Source: an uncultured bacterium
GTDB lineage: Bacteria; Krumholzibacteriota; Krumholzibacteriia; JACNKJ01
Length of the DNA stretch: 64,000 nt
Assembly: GCA_963695095.1 (NCBI GenBank)
Contig: CAVOFT010000001.1
Location: 2,816,001 to 2,880,000, forward strand
Direction: 5' to 3'
The position numbers and the translations under genes were made by a program. The notes beneath the pieces were generated by a model that searched no databases, was not told the origin of the DNA, and was given only the letters and a program-made list of their open reading frames with translations. Positions 19,626-28,134 of this stretch are shown one piece after another. Every line of letters starts with the position of its first letter. Position 1 is the stretch's first letter.

Positions 19626-21635
19626 ATGAATACTCAGTTTCCCGCTCGAGCTCGAGAGCGGCAAGCGACCCCGGCCCTCCGCGCGCTCCTCCTCGCCCTC
19701 GCCCTCGGCGCCGCCCTGCCCTGCACCGCCGAGGAGGCGCCGGCCCCCGTCCCCCAGTACATCGCCCTGGATGACAGCACCTATGTGAAGGTCTACGCCC
19801 TCGACGCGATGGTGGTGACCGGCTCGCGCACCGAGCAGCGCCTGGCCGACGTCACCGTGGCCACCGAGCTCATCCAGCGCGAGGACCTGGAGCGCTCGGG
19901 TGCGCCCGATCTGGCCGAGTTTCTCGAGAAGCAGGCCGGCGTCGTGGTCAACCACAGCCTCTTCGGCAGCGGTATCCAGCTGCAGGGCCTGGGCAGCGAG
20001 TACGTGCTCGTGCTCGTCAACGGCGAGCGGGCGCTGGGGCGCAAGGGCGGCGTCATCGACCTCTCGCGCTATGCCACGGACAACATCGAACGCGTCGAGG
20101 TGGTGAAGGGCAACCAGTCGGCGCTCTACGGCGCCGACGCCATCGGGGGCGTCATCAACATCATCACCCGCGCCAGCCGGCAGCCCCTGGAGATGGACCT
20201 GCGCGGGGATTTCGGCGACGGCGGCGCCCGCGACCTCGGCGCCAGCCTGGGCTACCGCGGCAAGCTGTGGACGAGCCGCACGACCGGCAGCTGGGACGAG
20301 GCCGCCGCCTACGATCTGGCGCCGGCGGACCCCGAGACGAGCGTCGACGCCTTCGAGGAGCTGAGCCTGGCCAACCACAGCGAGTGGCGCCTGGCCGAGC
20401 GGCTGCAGCTCAAGGGCGACGCCAGCTACATCTCGCGCGATCAGATAGGCGTGGACGGCGGCACCGTCGCCTCGCCCGCCGTCTTCGACCGCACGGCGAA
20501 GACCGAGATCGTCTCCTTCGCCGCCGGGCCCGACCACCACGGCGCCGACGGCAGTCGCAGCAAGGGCAGCCTGCAGTTCAGCTACTACCTGGACCAGTAT
20601 CTCGCCGACCAGCGCGGCTCCACGGCCCTGGACCAGTACCAGGAAACCCGCCAGCGGCTCCTGCACGCCTCGGCCCAGCACGATCGCCTGCTGCCGGGCC
20701 GCCATCTGCTCTCGGGCGGCGCCGAGGCCTTCCAGGAGTGGATCGAGACGGAGCGACTGGTGGGCGGCGAGGGCGATCGCGAGCGGCTCGGACTCTTCCT
20801 GCAAGATCAATGGGAGCAGGGGCCCCAGGGCCGCCTGAAGCTGATCGGCGGCCTGCGCCTGGACAGCGACTCCCAGTTCGGCAGCCATCTGACGCCCAAG
20901 CTCAGCTTGCGCCGGGACATCGGGGAGACGCTCATCCTCCGCGCCGGGCTGGGCTCGGGCTACCGAGCGCCGGACTTCAAGGAGCTGTACATCTACTTCG
21001 CCCACCCGGCCGTGGGCTACGTGGTCTACGGCAACCCGGAGCTGCAGCCGGAGATCTCGCGCAGCGCGAACCTGGGCCTGGAGTGGCGCAGCCGCCAGGG
21101 CTTCTGGTTCTCGGTGAACGCCTTCCACCACGACTTCGAGAACCTGATCCAGGGCCTCATCACGGACGAGATGGTGGGCGGTCTCAGCAAGGCCATCTAC
21201 GTGAACGTCGCGTCGGCGACGATCCAGGGCATCGAGGCCAGCCTGCGCCTGAGGCCGCTGCCGGCCCTCGACTGCGAGCTGGGCTACGCCTTCCTCGACA
21301 GTCGCGACGAGGAGACGGGCGGCATCCTGGACGGCCGGCCGCGTCACCGCGGCACGCTCAACCTGGACTATCGCTTCGTGCGGCTCGCAGCCAACCTCTC
21401 TCTGCGCGCCTCGCTGGTCGGCGAGCGCAGCTTCACGCAGGAGACCAGCGGCCTGGCCTCCACGACGGCCGATCCCTATGCCCTGATCGACCTGCGCGCC
21501 AGCAAGGAAGTGGGCGCCCACCTGGGCCTGTCCCTGGGCGTCAAGAACATCCTCGACGCCGGCGACCACGACTACCTGCGCGTGGCGCCGCGCCGCGTCG
21601 TCGCCGGCTTCAATCTCCGCCACGGCAAGAACTAG
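19626..21635 (+). CDS. TonB-dependent receptor (HmuR/CirA-like, probably heme or iron)
   Basis: MVVTGSR TonB box, plug motif IERVEVVKG.QSALYGADAIGGVINIIT, YRAP.F.ELY and GNPEL.PE; adjacent to hmuY. Confidence 0.9.
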   Translation: MNTQFPARARERQATPALRALLLALALGAALPCTAEEAPAPVPQYIALDDSTYVKVYALDAMVVTGSRTEQRLADVTVATELIQREDLERSGAPDLAEFLEKQAGVVVNHSLFGSGIQLQGLGSEYVLVLVNGERALGRKGGVIDLSRYATDNIERVEVVKGNQSALYGADAIGGVINIITRASRQPLEMDLRGDFGDGGARDLGASLGYRGKLWTSRTTGSWDEAAAYDLAPADPETSVDAFEELSLANHSEWRLAERLQLKGDASYISRDQIGVDGGTVASPAVFDRTAKTEIVSFAAGPDHHGADGSRSKGSLQFSYYLDQYLADQRGSTALDQYQETRQRLLHASAQHDRLLPGRHLLSGGAEAFQEWIETERLVGGEGDRERLGLFLQDQWEQGPQGRLKLIGGLRLDSDSQFGSHLTPKLSLRRDIGETLILRAGLGSGYRAPDFKELYIYFAHPAVGYVVYGNPELQPEISRSANLGLEWRSRQGFWFSVNAFHHDFENLIQGLITDEMVGGLSKAIYVNVASATIQGIEASLRLRPLPALDCELGYAFLDSRDEETGGILDGRPRHRGTLNLDYRFVRLAANLSLRASLVGERSFTQETSGLASTTADPYALIDLRASKEVGAHLGLSLGVKNILDAGDHDYLRVAPRRVVAGFNLRHGKN

Positions 21636-21665
21636 GCCCACCCCTCACCCCGAAAGGAACCACCG

Positions 21666-22763
21666 ATGCACAAGCTTCGCCTCCTGCCCATGCTGCTGGC
21701 CCTCGCCCTGGCGGTCGGCGCCTGCAGCGACGACGATCTCAGCCCCACCGGCAACGATGAAGAAACCGCCACGGTCGAGACCACCGACAACGGCGATGGC
21801 AGCTTCACCACGGTCGTCGACGCCGGCTACCTGGGCGCCACGGATTGGGTCTACGTCAGCCTCGAGGACGGCTCCGAGGTGACGCCCGCCGGTCGCGCCG
21901 CCGGCGCTTGGGACCTGGCTTTCCAGTTCGCCAACATCATCGTCAACGGCGGCGCCAACGGCACGGGCGGCGTGGCCGTCCACGCCTACGACGACGGGGG
22001 CTTCGCGGCCCTCACCGCTGCACCGAATACCGTCTATGTCACGGACACCGGCATGGACGATGCCGGCCAGTGCTTCACGACGGGCACCGGCTGGTACAAC
22101 TACAACCCGATCAGCCACGCCTTCTCGATTCGCGCGGATCGCTACTATGCCATTCGCCTCAGCGACGGCAGCTACGTGAAGCTGCGCATGAGCGACTTCG
22201 TCGACGGCGCGGGCACCCCGGGCTTCCCCACCTTCGTCTGGGCGCCCATCGCGGGCGACTTCGCGGTATCGACCGCCGCCGCCGGCGCGGCCCGCGAGTC
22301 CGCCATCGAGGCGCCGCCCATGGGCAGCAGCGACTGGGTCTACTTCTCCTTGGCCACCGGACTCGAAGCGACGCCGGCGAATCCGGCCGACGCGGACGAC
22401 TACGATCTCGCCTTCAACTTCGCGAACATCGCACTGAACGGCGGCGCCAACGGCACCGGCGGCGTGAGCCTGCGCGCCTTCGACGACGGCGCCTACGACG
22501 CGCTGGCCGCCGCCCCGGCCGGCGGCTACAGCAGCGACACCGGCACCGGCGACAGCGAGCTGGTCTTCAACACGGGCAGCGGCTGGTATACCTACGACTC
22601 CATGACCCACGCGCTGAGCGTGAACTCCGATCGCTACTATGTGATCGCCGCCGCCGACGGCAGCTATTACAAGCTGCGCGTGACGGCCTTCGACTTCGAG
22701 CCGGGTGTCGCCGCCTACCTGGGCTGTGACTGGGAGCCCATCGCGCCCCCCGTTCTGCCCTGA
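21666..22763 (+). CDS. hmuY: HmuY-family lipoprotein with two tandem HmuY domains
   Basis: Lipobox VGAC. Two repeats of DWVY.SL..G..(W/Y)DLAF.FANI..NGGANGTGGV...GWY.Y....HA.....DRYY.I...DGSY.KL. Confidence 0.8.
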   Translation: MHKLRLLPMLLALALAVGACSDDDLSPTGNDEETATVETTDNGDGSFTTVVDAGYLGATDWVYVSLEDGSEVTPAGRAAGAWDLAFQFANIIVNGGANGTGGVAVHAYDDGGFAALTAAPNTVYVTDTGMDDAGQCFTTGTGWYNYNPISHAFSIRADRYYAIRLSDGSYVKLRMSDFVDGAGTPGFPTFVWAPIAGDFAVSTAAAGAARESAIEAPPMGSSDWVYFSLATGLEATPANPADADDYDLAFNFANIALNGGANGTGGVSLRAFDDGAYDALAAAPAGGYSSDTGTGDSELVFNTGSGWYTYDSMTHALSVNSDRYYVIAAADGSYYKLRVTAFDFEPGVAAYLGCDWEPIAPPVLP

Positions 22764-22796
22764 GTGGGGACCGCCATCCCGCTCGCTGCCGCCTGA

Positions 22797-22821
22797 GGGG
22801 CCCCGCATCCGGGGCCCTTTT
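22797..22821 (+). terminator. Terminator hairpin
   Basis: gggccccg-catc-cggggccc followed by tttt. Confidence 0.7.
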
Positions 22822-23398
22822 AGTTGCCCCGGGACTCGGATGCCAGCGCGGCCAGCAGCGCGCGCAGCGCGGGCATCAGGCGCCGCCCGGCTCCGGCGAC
22901 CCCATAGCGAACCGCCGGCGGATGCTCGACCCCGACTTGCCGGCTGATGAGCCGGGCGCTTGCGAGGGCTCTGAGCGCCAGGGCGAGGGCCCGCGGACTC
23001 GCGCCTGGCAGGCGGCCGGCCAGCTCGGCGTAGCGCAGCTCGCCGTCGTCCAGGACGGCGAGGATGGGCAGTGTCCACTTGCGGGCGATCAGCTCGCGGG
23101 CGGCCGGGGGCGTGGCGGCCACCAGCGCGGCGGCGGCGCCCGCCAGACCGCTCCGCCGGGGGCCAAGCTGGTATTCGGGGCGGAGCGGATGGCCGTGGCC
23201 GGCAACGGCCGCCACGTGGCCGGCGGCCAGTAGCGCGTCCAGGCTCTCGCGCAGGGGGCGCGCGCTGACGCCCAGGGCCTGCTGCAGCTCGACGAAGCGC
23301 GCGCCGTCGCGACCGGCCAGGGCGGCCAGCAGGTCCAGCGCCCAGCGGCGGTGGCTGAGCGCGAGCAGGCCGGCAATGGCGACAGGCGATGTGGGCAT
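22820..23398 (-). CDS. HxlR-family regulator with two tandem winged-HTH domains
   Basis: RRWALDLL...ARFVEL...RPEYQL followed by RKWTLPIL...LRYAEL...HPPAVRY. Confidence 0.8.
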   Translation of the reverse strand: MPTSPVAIAGLLALSHRRWALDLLAALAGRDGARFVELQQALGVSARPLRESLDALLAAGHVAAVAGHGHPLRPEYQLGPRRSGLAGAAAALVAATPPAARELIARKWTLPILAVLDDGELRYAELAGRLPGASPRALALALRALASARLISRQVGVEHPPAVRYGVAGAGRRLMPALRALLAALASESRGN

Positions 23399-23408
23399 GG
23401 CTCGGCAC

Positions 23409-23436
23409 TTGACCTTGTTTTTATAGCTGCTATACT
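23409..23436 (+). promoter_or_regulatory. Sigma70-like promoter for the VOC gene with an overlapping palindromic operator
   Basis: TTGACC (23409) - 16 nt - TATACT (23431); palindrome TATAGC-t-GCTATA at 23422-23434. Confidence 0.55.
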
Positions 23437-23490
23437 AATCATACACACGCGCCGCTGGATCGGCCAGCGGAAACCCCTCAAGGAGCAATC

Positions 23491-23871
23491 ATGAGCACCG
23501 CCATCCACTACAAGGGCGACGTCACCCTGTCCTTCGGCGTGAGCGACCTGGATGCTGCCATCCGCTGGTACCAGGAGCGCCTGGGCTTCACCCTCCTCTA
23601 CCGCCTGGATGACATGGCTTGGTGCGAGCTCCAGGGGCCCGGCGCCGCGATCAGCGTCGGTCTCGGCCAGCGCGAGCAGGTGGCCCAGGGCGGCGGCTGC
23701 GTGCCGGTCTGGGGCGTCAAGGACATCGCCGCCGCGCGCGCAACCCTCGAGGCGGCGGGTGTGCGCTTCGACGGCCCGACCCGGGAGATCCCGGGGATGG
23801 TCATGCTGGCCACCTTTTACGACCCCGACGGCAACGCCATGATGTTCGTCCAGAGCCTCGGCGCTTCCTAG
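23491..23871 (+). CDS. VOC/glyoxalase/bleomycin-resistance family protein
   Basis: VSDLDAAIRWY..LGF, V.DI.AA...L...GV.F and F.DPDGN motifs. Confidence 0.9.
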   Translation: MSTAIHYKGDVTLSFGVSDLDAAIRWYQERLGFTLLYRLDDMAWCELQGPGAAISVGLGQREQVAQGGGCVPVWGVKDIAAARATLEAAGVRFDGPTREIPGMVMLATFYDPDGNAMMFVQSLGAS

Positions 23872-23884
23872 GCCCACAAGAACA

Positions 23885-23912
23885 GCGCCCTCGCTCACGA
23901 GAGCGAGGGCGC
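23885..23912. terminator. Hairpin between convergent genes
   Basis: Perfect 12-bp stem gcgccctcgctc-acga-gagcgagggcgc. Confidence 0.7.
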
Positions 23913-23940
23913 CGGCCTCTCCACTACCCAGGCGCCGGGC

Positions 23941-25140
23941 TCAGCGGCGCGAGGGTCGGGCTTCGGACTTCGCGGCGGGTTTGGACTCGGACTTGGAGTT
24001 CTCCCGCTGCTTGCGCGAGGGCCGCTCTTCCGGCTTCGCCGCCGGCTTGGACTCACCGCTCGGCTTGCGCTCCTCCGCGCGGGGCGGCGCGGGCGCCGCC
24101 TCGGGCCGGTTCGCCGGCTTGTCTTCGCGCACGGCCGGGCGATCGTCGCGCTGCGGCCGGTCGTCGTTGCGAGCAGGTCGATCCTCGCGCTGCGGTCTGT
24201 CCTCACTGCGGGTGGGCCGATCGTCGACCCGGGTCGAGCGCTGGTCGGGGCGATCCGGAAGATAAAGATCGCGGCCCGGCTTCGGTGCACGGCGCACGTC
24301 GCGCACGGCAACCGGCGGCCGCCCGGGCTTGTCCCGCTTCCAGTCGCCGGGCTTGACGTCGTGGTAGACGTTCTTCCAGCGCAGCTGCGGCCCGTTGTGG
24401 CGATCGCGATACCAGTAGTCGTACTGGGGCCGATGGCCCCAGTGCCAGTAGTTGCGATGGCACCAGTGGTGATCCCAGCGCCAGTCCACCCAGAGGTTCA
24501 CGCTGACGTAGGGATCCCAGAAAGGGTCCCAGTAGCGGTCGGGGTACCATTCGTAGATCAAGTAGCGCGGGTAGGGCACCTCGGCGCGGACATAGAACCA
24601 GGCCACGTCGCTGGCATAGCCTTCGGGCCCGCGGTCGTTGCCGTCCCAGGCGAGCCGTTCGTTGACATCCCAGATCGCCTGCGACGGATCGCCGCTGATG
24701 CGACCGCCCACGCTCGCCGAGCGATACCAGTACTCGCTGCTGGACTCGAGCGTGTTGAGACGCAGCGGATAGGGCGAGGCCACGGCCACCACGTACTCGA
24801 TGCCCTTGGGTCCGTCGACGATGAGATCGTAGTTTTCGCGCGGGCCGGGAATGCTGTAGATGCGCCCGGCTTCGACCCACTGCGGATCGCCGTAGCGCGG
24901 GTAGAGCAGGCCCAGATAGCCGTCGCTGTCCACATTGTAGATGGCGACGTAGCTGTCCGCCTCGGTGCGGAAGCGGATGGTCAGCGCTTGGCCATAGTCA
25001 TAGACGCTGCCATCGGCCCGATCCAGCCAGACGTCGACATCCACGGGGCCGACGGCAGGCTGCTCGTGCGGCGTCACCGTGGCGGCAGTTGCCAGCGCCG
25101 GCATGAGGATCGCCGCGAGAATGGCAATGCTGGTTTTCAT
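23941..25140 (-). CDS. Exported DUF4384-domain protein with a Trp/Tyr-rich segment and a charged low-complexity tail
   Basis: Signal peptide. VDVWLDR...Y..G..L.IRF....D.YV.IYNVD.DG...LLYP and GPKGIEYV.AVAS; repeated DRP units near the C-terminus. Confidence 0.75.
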   Translation of the reverse strand: MKTSIAILAAILMPALATAATVTPHEQPAVGPVDVDVWLDRADGSVYDYGQALTIRFRTEADSYVAIYNVDSDGYLGLLYPRYGDPQWVEAGRIYSIPGPRENYDLIVDGPKGIEYVVAVASPYPLRLNTLESSSEYWYRSASVGGRISGDPSQAIWDVNERLAWDGNDRGPEGYASDVAWFYVRAEVPYPRYLIYEWYPDRYWDPFWDPYVSVNLWVDWRWDHHWCHRNYWHWGHRPQYDYWYRDRHNGPQLRWKNVYHDVKPGDWKRDKPGRPPVAVRDVRRAPKPGRDLYLPDRPDQRSTRVDDRPTRSEDRPQREDRPARNDDRPQRDDRPAVREDKPANRPEAAPAPPRAEERKPSGESKPAAKPEERPSRKQRENSKSESKPAAKSEARPSRR

Positions 25141-25154
25141 GTCTCCCTCCTTGC

Positions 25155-26060
25155 CTAGCGGCCGCCGGCCGCGGGACGCGTCCGGCTGCTGCGCTGCATG
25201 ATGCGGTCGGCCGCGACGGCCCGGGGCGCCTTGCCCGGGGCCGCGGCGCCGGCGTCGCCGATCACCGTGAGTTCAGGATTGCCTTCATCCACCTGGAAGG
25301 CCCAGTCGAGGACGACGAAGTCCTGGCCGAGCTCCCGCACGCGGAATTTCGCGAAGTGGTTTTCCCAGGTCCAGACCAGGTAGGCGTGACCCGGGTAGAG
25401 CCGCACCACGTCCGCTTCATCGAGCGTCCAGCCGCCTTCGGGCGCCCAGTCGATCTCATCGAGAGACTCCACCCAGCCGGCGCTCTGCAGGTCGGTGCCG
25501 TAGACCTGGTTGCCCACCAGCACGTCGGTGCTCTGCATCGCGTAGCGATCGCCGTCCCAGAACAGGTACATGTCCGCGTAGGGGTCGTCCCAGGGAATCA
25601 CCATGTGCTGATAGAAGCCCGAGAAATCCACGCCGGCCCGCGCGTCCTCGTCGTAGACGGTGATGCGGCCGGCCGGGCGGGGCGTGTCGTGCACGGTCTC
25701 GTAGCTGAGATCGCTCTCGCGGCCGTGCCAGTCGCGAGCCGCCACGGCGTAGAAGTAGGTGATGCCGTTGCTGACCTGCGTGTCGCGGTAGAACTCGTCC
25801 ACGCTGTAGCCGCGGACGGCATAGGGGCCCCCGGCGCTCAGGCTGCGGTAGATGGTGTAGGTCTCCAGGTCGACGTCCTGGACGGGGTTCCAGTACAGCT
25901 CCACGCTGCCGTCCCCGGTCACCGAGAAGACGCCGGAGGGAGCGGGCAGCCGCGGCTCGTCCCACCAGGAGCGCGAGCTGCGGCAGGCACCCAGGCCTAG
26001 CCCAAGTCCAAGAATGAGCGCCGGCAGCAGCAGGCTTCGGATGAGCAGCGCTGTCTTCAT
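25155..26060 (-). CDS. FN3-domain lipoprotein
   Basis: Lipobox LGAC. PAPSG..SVTGDGSV.LYW, Y.IYRS and V.NG.TYFYAV.A.D..G.ES.LS. Confidence 0.8.
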   Translation of the reverse strand: MKTALLIRSLLLPALILGLGLGLGACRSSRSWWDEPRLPAPSGVFSVTGDGSVELYWNPVQDVDLETYTIYRSLSAGGPYAVRGYSVDEFYRDTQVSNGITYFYAVAARDWHGRESDLSYETVHDTPRPAGRITVYDEDARAGVDFSGFYQHMVIPWDDPYADMYLFWDGDRYAMQSTDVLVGNQVYGTDLQSAGWVESLDEIDWAPEGGWTLDEADVVRLYPGHAYLVWTWENHFAKFRVRELGQDFVVLDWAFQVDEGNPELTVIGDAGAAAPGKAPRAVAADRIMQRSSRTRPAAGGR

Positions 26061-26100
26061 GTCTGTGACCTCCTGATCCCGGAAACGTGTCATCAGCCGG

Positions 26101-26616
26101 CTAACGGCGACCCTGCGGCTTGCGCTTGGCCTTCTCGTCGTCGCTCTGGTCGCTCTGCTTGCGAATGTCCTTGATCATCTCCCGCAGGCGGGCGTTGAAG
26201 CGCTTCTCGAACAGCTCGAAGCGCGCCTGCTGCTCCAGGTTGAGCAGGGGAAAGGCCCGGCGCCGGAAGTTGTTCTCGTCGACCTGCAGCCTTTCGTCGA
26301 GCCTGCGCAGATCCTCCATGACGCTGCGGATCTGGTCGGCATTGCGGCTCGAGTCCTTGACGAGCAGCTCCAGCGTCGCCTCCAGGCTCTTGCGCTCCTG
26401 GCGGTGGCGGCTGCGCGCGCGATCGTAGTCGTCGTAGAGCGGCACGAATTCCCGTGCCGTCTGCTGATCGAGACCCAGTTCCCGCACCAGCTCCCAGGCC
26501 TTGACGTTGCGGATCTGTTCGCGCAACTCCTCCCGCTCCCGCTCCTGCAGCGCAGAGGACGGGCTGACCGCCAGCACCAGCATCAAGCTGCCAAGGATGA
26601 TTGCCTGCCTGCGCAT
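26101..26616 (-). CDS. Periplasmic helical protein (Spy/CpxP-like)
   Basis: Signal peptide, L..EL.LD and L.LEQQARF motifs; charged coiled-coil character. Confidence 0.6.
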   Translation of the reverse strand: MRRQAIILGSLMLVLAVSPSSALQEREREELREQIRNVKAWELVRELGLDQQTAREFVPLYDDYDRARSRHRQERKSLEATLELLVKDSSRNADQIRSVMEDLRRLDERLQVDENNFRRRAFPLLNLEQQARFELFEKRFNARLREMIKDIRKQSDQSDDEKAKRKPQGRR

Positions 26617-26642
26617 CGCCTTTCCTCCGGTTTCGTGCCTGC

Positions 26643-27233
26643 TCAACCGCGGAGGCCGTCCAGGCGTTCGGCCAGTTCCGCCAGTTCCGCCACGCTCAGC
26701 TGTTCGAGAAGCAGATCGGGATCCTCTTCCATCGCCAGGACCTGTCCCTCGTCGATCAGTGCTTCGAGCTGGCCCGCGTTCGCCGCCAGCTCGGCGCTCA
26801 AGTCCTGAAGAGCCGGCTGCTCGGCTGCCAGGCGCGGGCTCTGTCCGCCTGCGGGGTCGGGCCGCCGCTCACCCCAGAAGGCCAGGGCGAGGAGCAGCAG
26901 CCCCGCGGCCGCCAGGCCGCCCCAGGCCAGGCGCGGCAGCAGGGGCGAGCGGCGAGGGGCGTCCTCGGGCTGACCCGCCAGGCCCCGCAGCACCTGCGCG
27001 CGCAGCGAGGGCCAGTACTCCGCCGGCGGCGCCGGCGGCTGGTAATCCGCCAGCCGCGCCAGCGTGCGGCGCAGGGCCGCCAGCTCGCTGGCGCAGCCGG
27101 GGCAATGCTGCAGATGGGCGGCCAGCGCCGCCTGGCTGGCCGCGTCCTCCCCGCCCGACCGCTCGGCGTCCAGGGCGCCGAGGAGGCGATCCCGCCAGGG
27201 GCGGCAGGCTTCAGTCGTCGAGCGCGTCTTCAT
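26643..27233 (-). CDS. Zinc-finger (zf-HC2) anti-sigma factor
   Basis: HLQHCPGC (HxxxCxxC) motif and a single TM helix; directly downstream of the ECF sigma gene. Confidence 0.85.
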   Translation of the reverse strand: MKTRSTTEACRPWRDRLLGALDAERSGGEDAASQAALAAHLQHCPGCASELAALRRTLARLADYQPPAPPAEYWPSLRAQVLRGLAGQPEDAPRRSPLLPRLAWGGLAAAGLLLLALAFWGERRPDPAGGQSPRLAAEQPALQDLSAELAANAGQLEALIDEGQVLAMEEDPDLLLEQLSVAELAELAERLDGLRG

Positions 27234-27780
27234 GACTGAGCTCCCGTTTCAGCTTCTGCAGGGCCTGGAAGTAGTTGGCCCGCACGCCGCCCTCGCTGCG
27301 TTCCAGCGCGGCGGCGATCTCCCCGTAGTCCAGTCCCTCGCGGTGCCGGAGCAGAAAGACCGCCCGTTGCTTGGGCGGCAGCGCCGCCACCGCCCGCTCG
27401 ATGCGCGCGGCCAGATCCTTGCGCGCCAGTTCCCGCTCCGGGCGTCCCCGTCCCGAGCGCAGGCGTCTGACCACGTCGCCCAGGGCCACCAGCGGATGCC
27501 GCCGCGCGCTGCGCAGCTGGCTCAGGCAGAGGTTGATGGCGATGCGGTGCAGCCAGGTGCCGAAGCTCGATCGGAATTCGAAGGTCGGCAGGGCACGGAA
27601 GGCCCGGATGAAGGTCTCCTGCGTCACGTCGGCCGCTGCCTCGGGATCCCCCAGCATGCCCAGGACGAGGCGATGGATCCTCTGTTCGTGTCGCGCCATG
27701 AGTCCATCGAAGGTCCATCGCTCACCTGCCAGGAATCGCCGAACGAGCTCGCGGTCATCCACGCCATCGAATCGGCTCAC
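27211..27780 (-). CDS. ECF RNA polymerase sigma factor
   Basis: AADVTQETFIRAFR, SSFGTWLHRIAINLC and LPPKQRAVFLLRH.EGL.Y.EIA motifs. Confidence 0.93.
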   Translation of the reverse strand: MSRFDGVDDRELVRRFLAGERWTFDGLMARHEQRIHRLVLGMLGDPEAAADVTQETFIRAFRALPTFEFRSSFGTWLHRIAINLCLSQLRSARRHPLVALGDVVRRLRSGRGRPERELARKDLAARIERAVAALPPKQRAVFLLRHREGLDYGEIAAALERSEGGVRANYFQALQKLKRELSHEDALDD

Positions 27781-27800
27781 CGTGTGTCTCCGGATGCTTG

Positions 27801-27826
27801 GACGCCGACAGGGCGCTTGCGTTTAA
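27801..27826 (-). promoter_or_regulatory. Putative autoregulated ECF promoter
   Basis: Minus strand TAAAC - 16 nt - CGTC, about 20 nt upstream of the sigma GTG; matches the generic ECF AAC/CGT pattern. Confidence 0.6.
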
Positions 27827-27924
27827 GGGCATTCCCGCGTAACCGCCGCGTAACGACCGGGTGCGATGCTCCCTTCCGGACAGTCGGCCGGAGGCCGGCG
27901 CAAGCACTGGGAAAGGAGACCGGC

Positions 27925-28134
27925 ATGTCCACCTTCGTGGTCAGCTTCGTCGGCGATCCACCGCGCAGCTTCCGCGGCCGCGTCCGGCATGTAGCCTCGG
28001 GCGAGGAAGCCGTCTTCACCTCCGTCACCGATCTGCTCCTTTTTTTCGAGGAGATGGCGGCCCTGCCGGGGCCCCAGCGCGTGGAAGCGGCGCCGGAGCG
28101 GCCGGAGAGCTCGGAGGGGGCTCCGGACGACTGA
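27925..28134 (+). CDS. Small hypothetical protein (69 aa)
   Basis: Strong RBS aaaggag. FVV.F...FRGRVRHV.SGEE..F.S..DLL.F.E pattern. Confidence 0.65.
   Translation: MSTFVVSFVGDPPRSFRGRVRHVASGEEAVFTSVTDLLLFFEEMAALPGPQRVEAAPERPESSEGAPDD

Noticed and set aside
24090..24260. Repeated DNA in the DUF4384 tail as a possible CRISPR array
   Set aside because: Imperfect in-frame coding repeats with no constant repeat-spacer structure and no cas genes.
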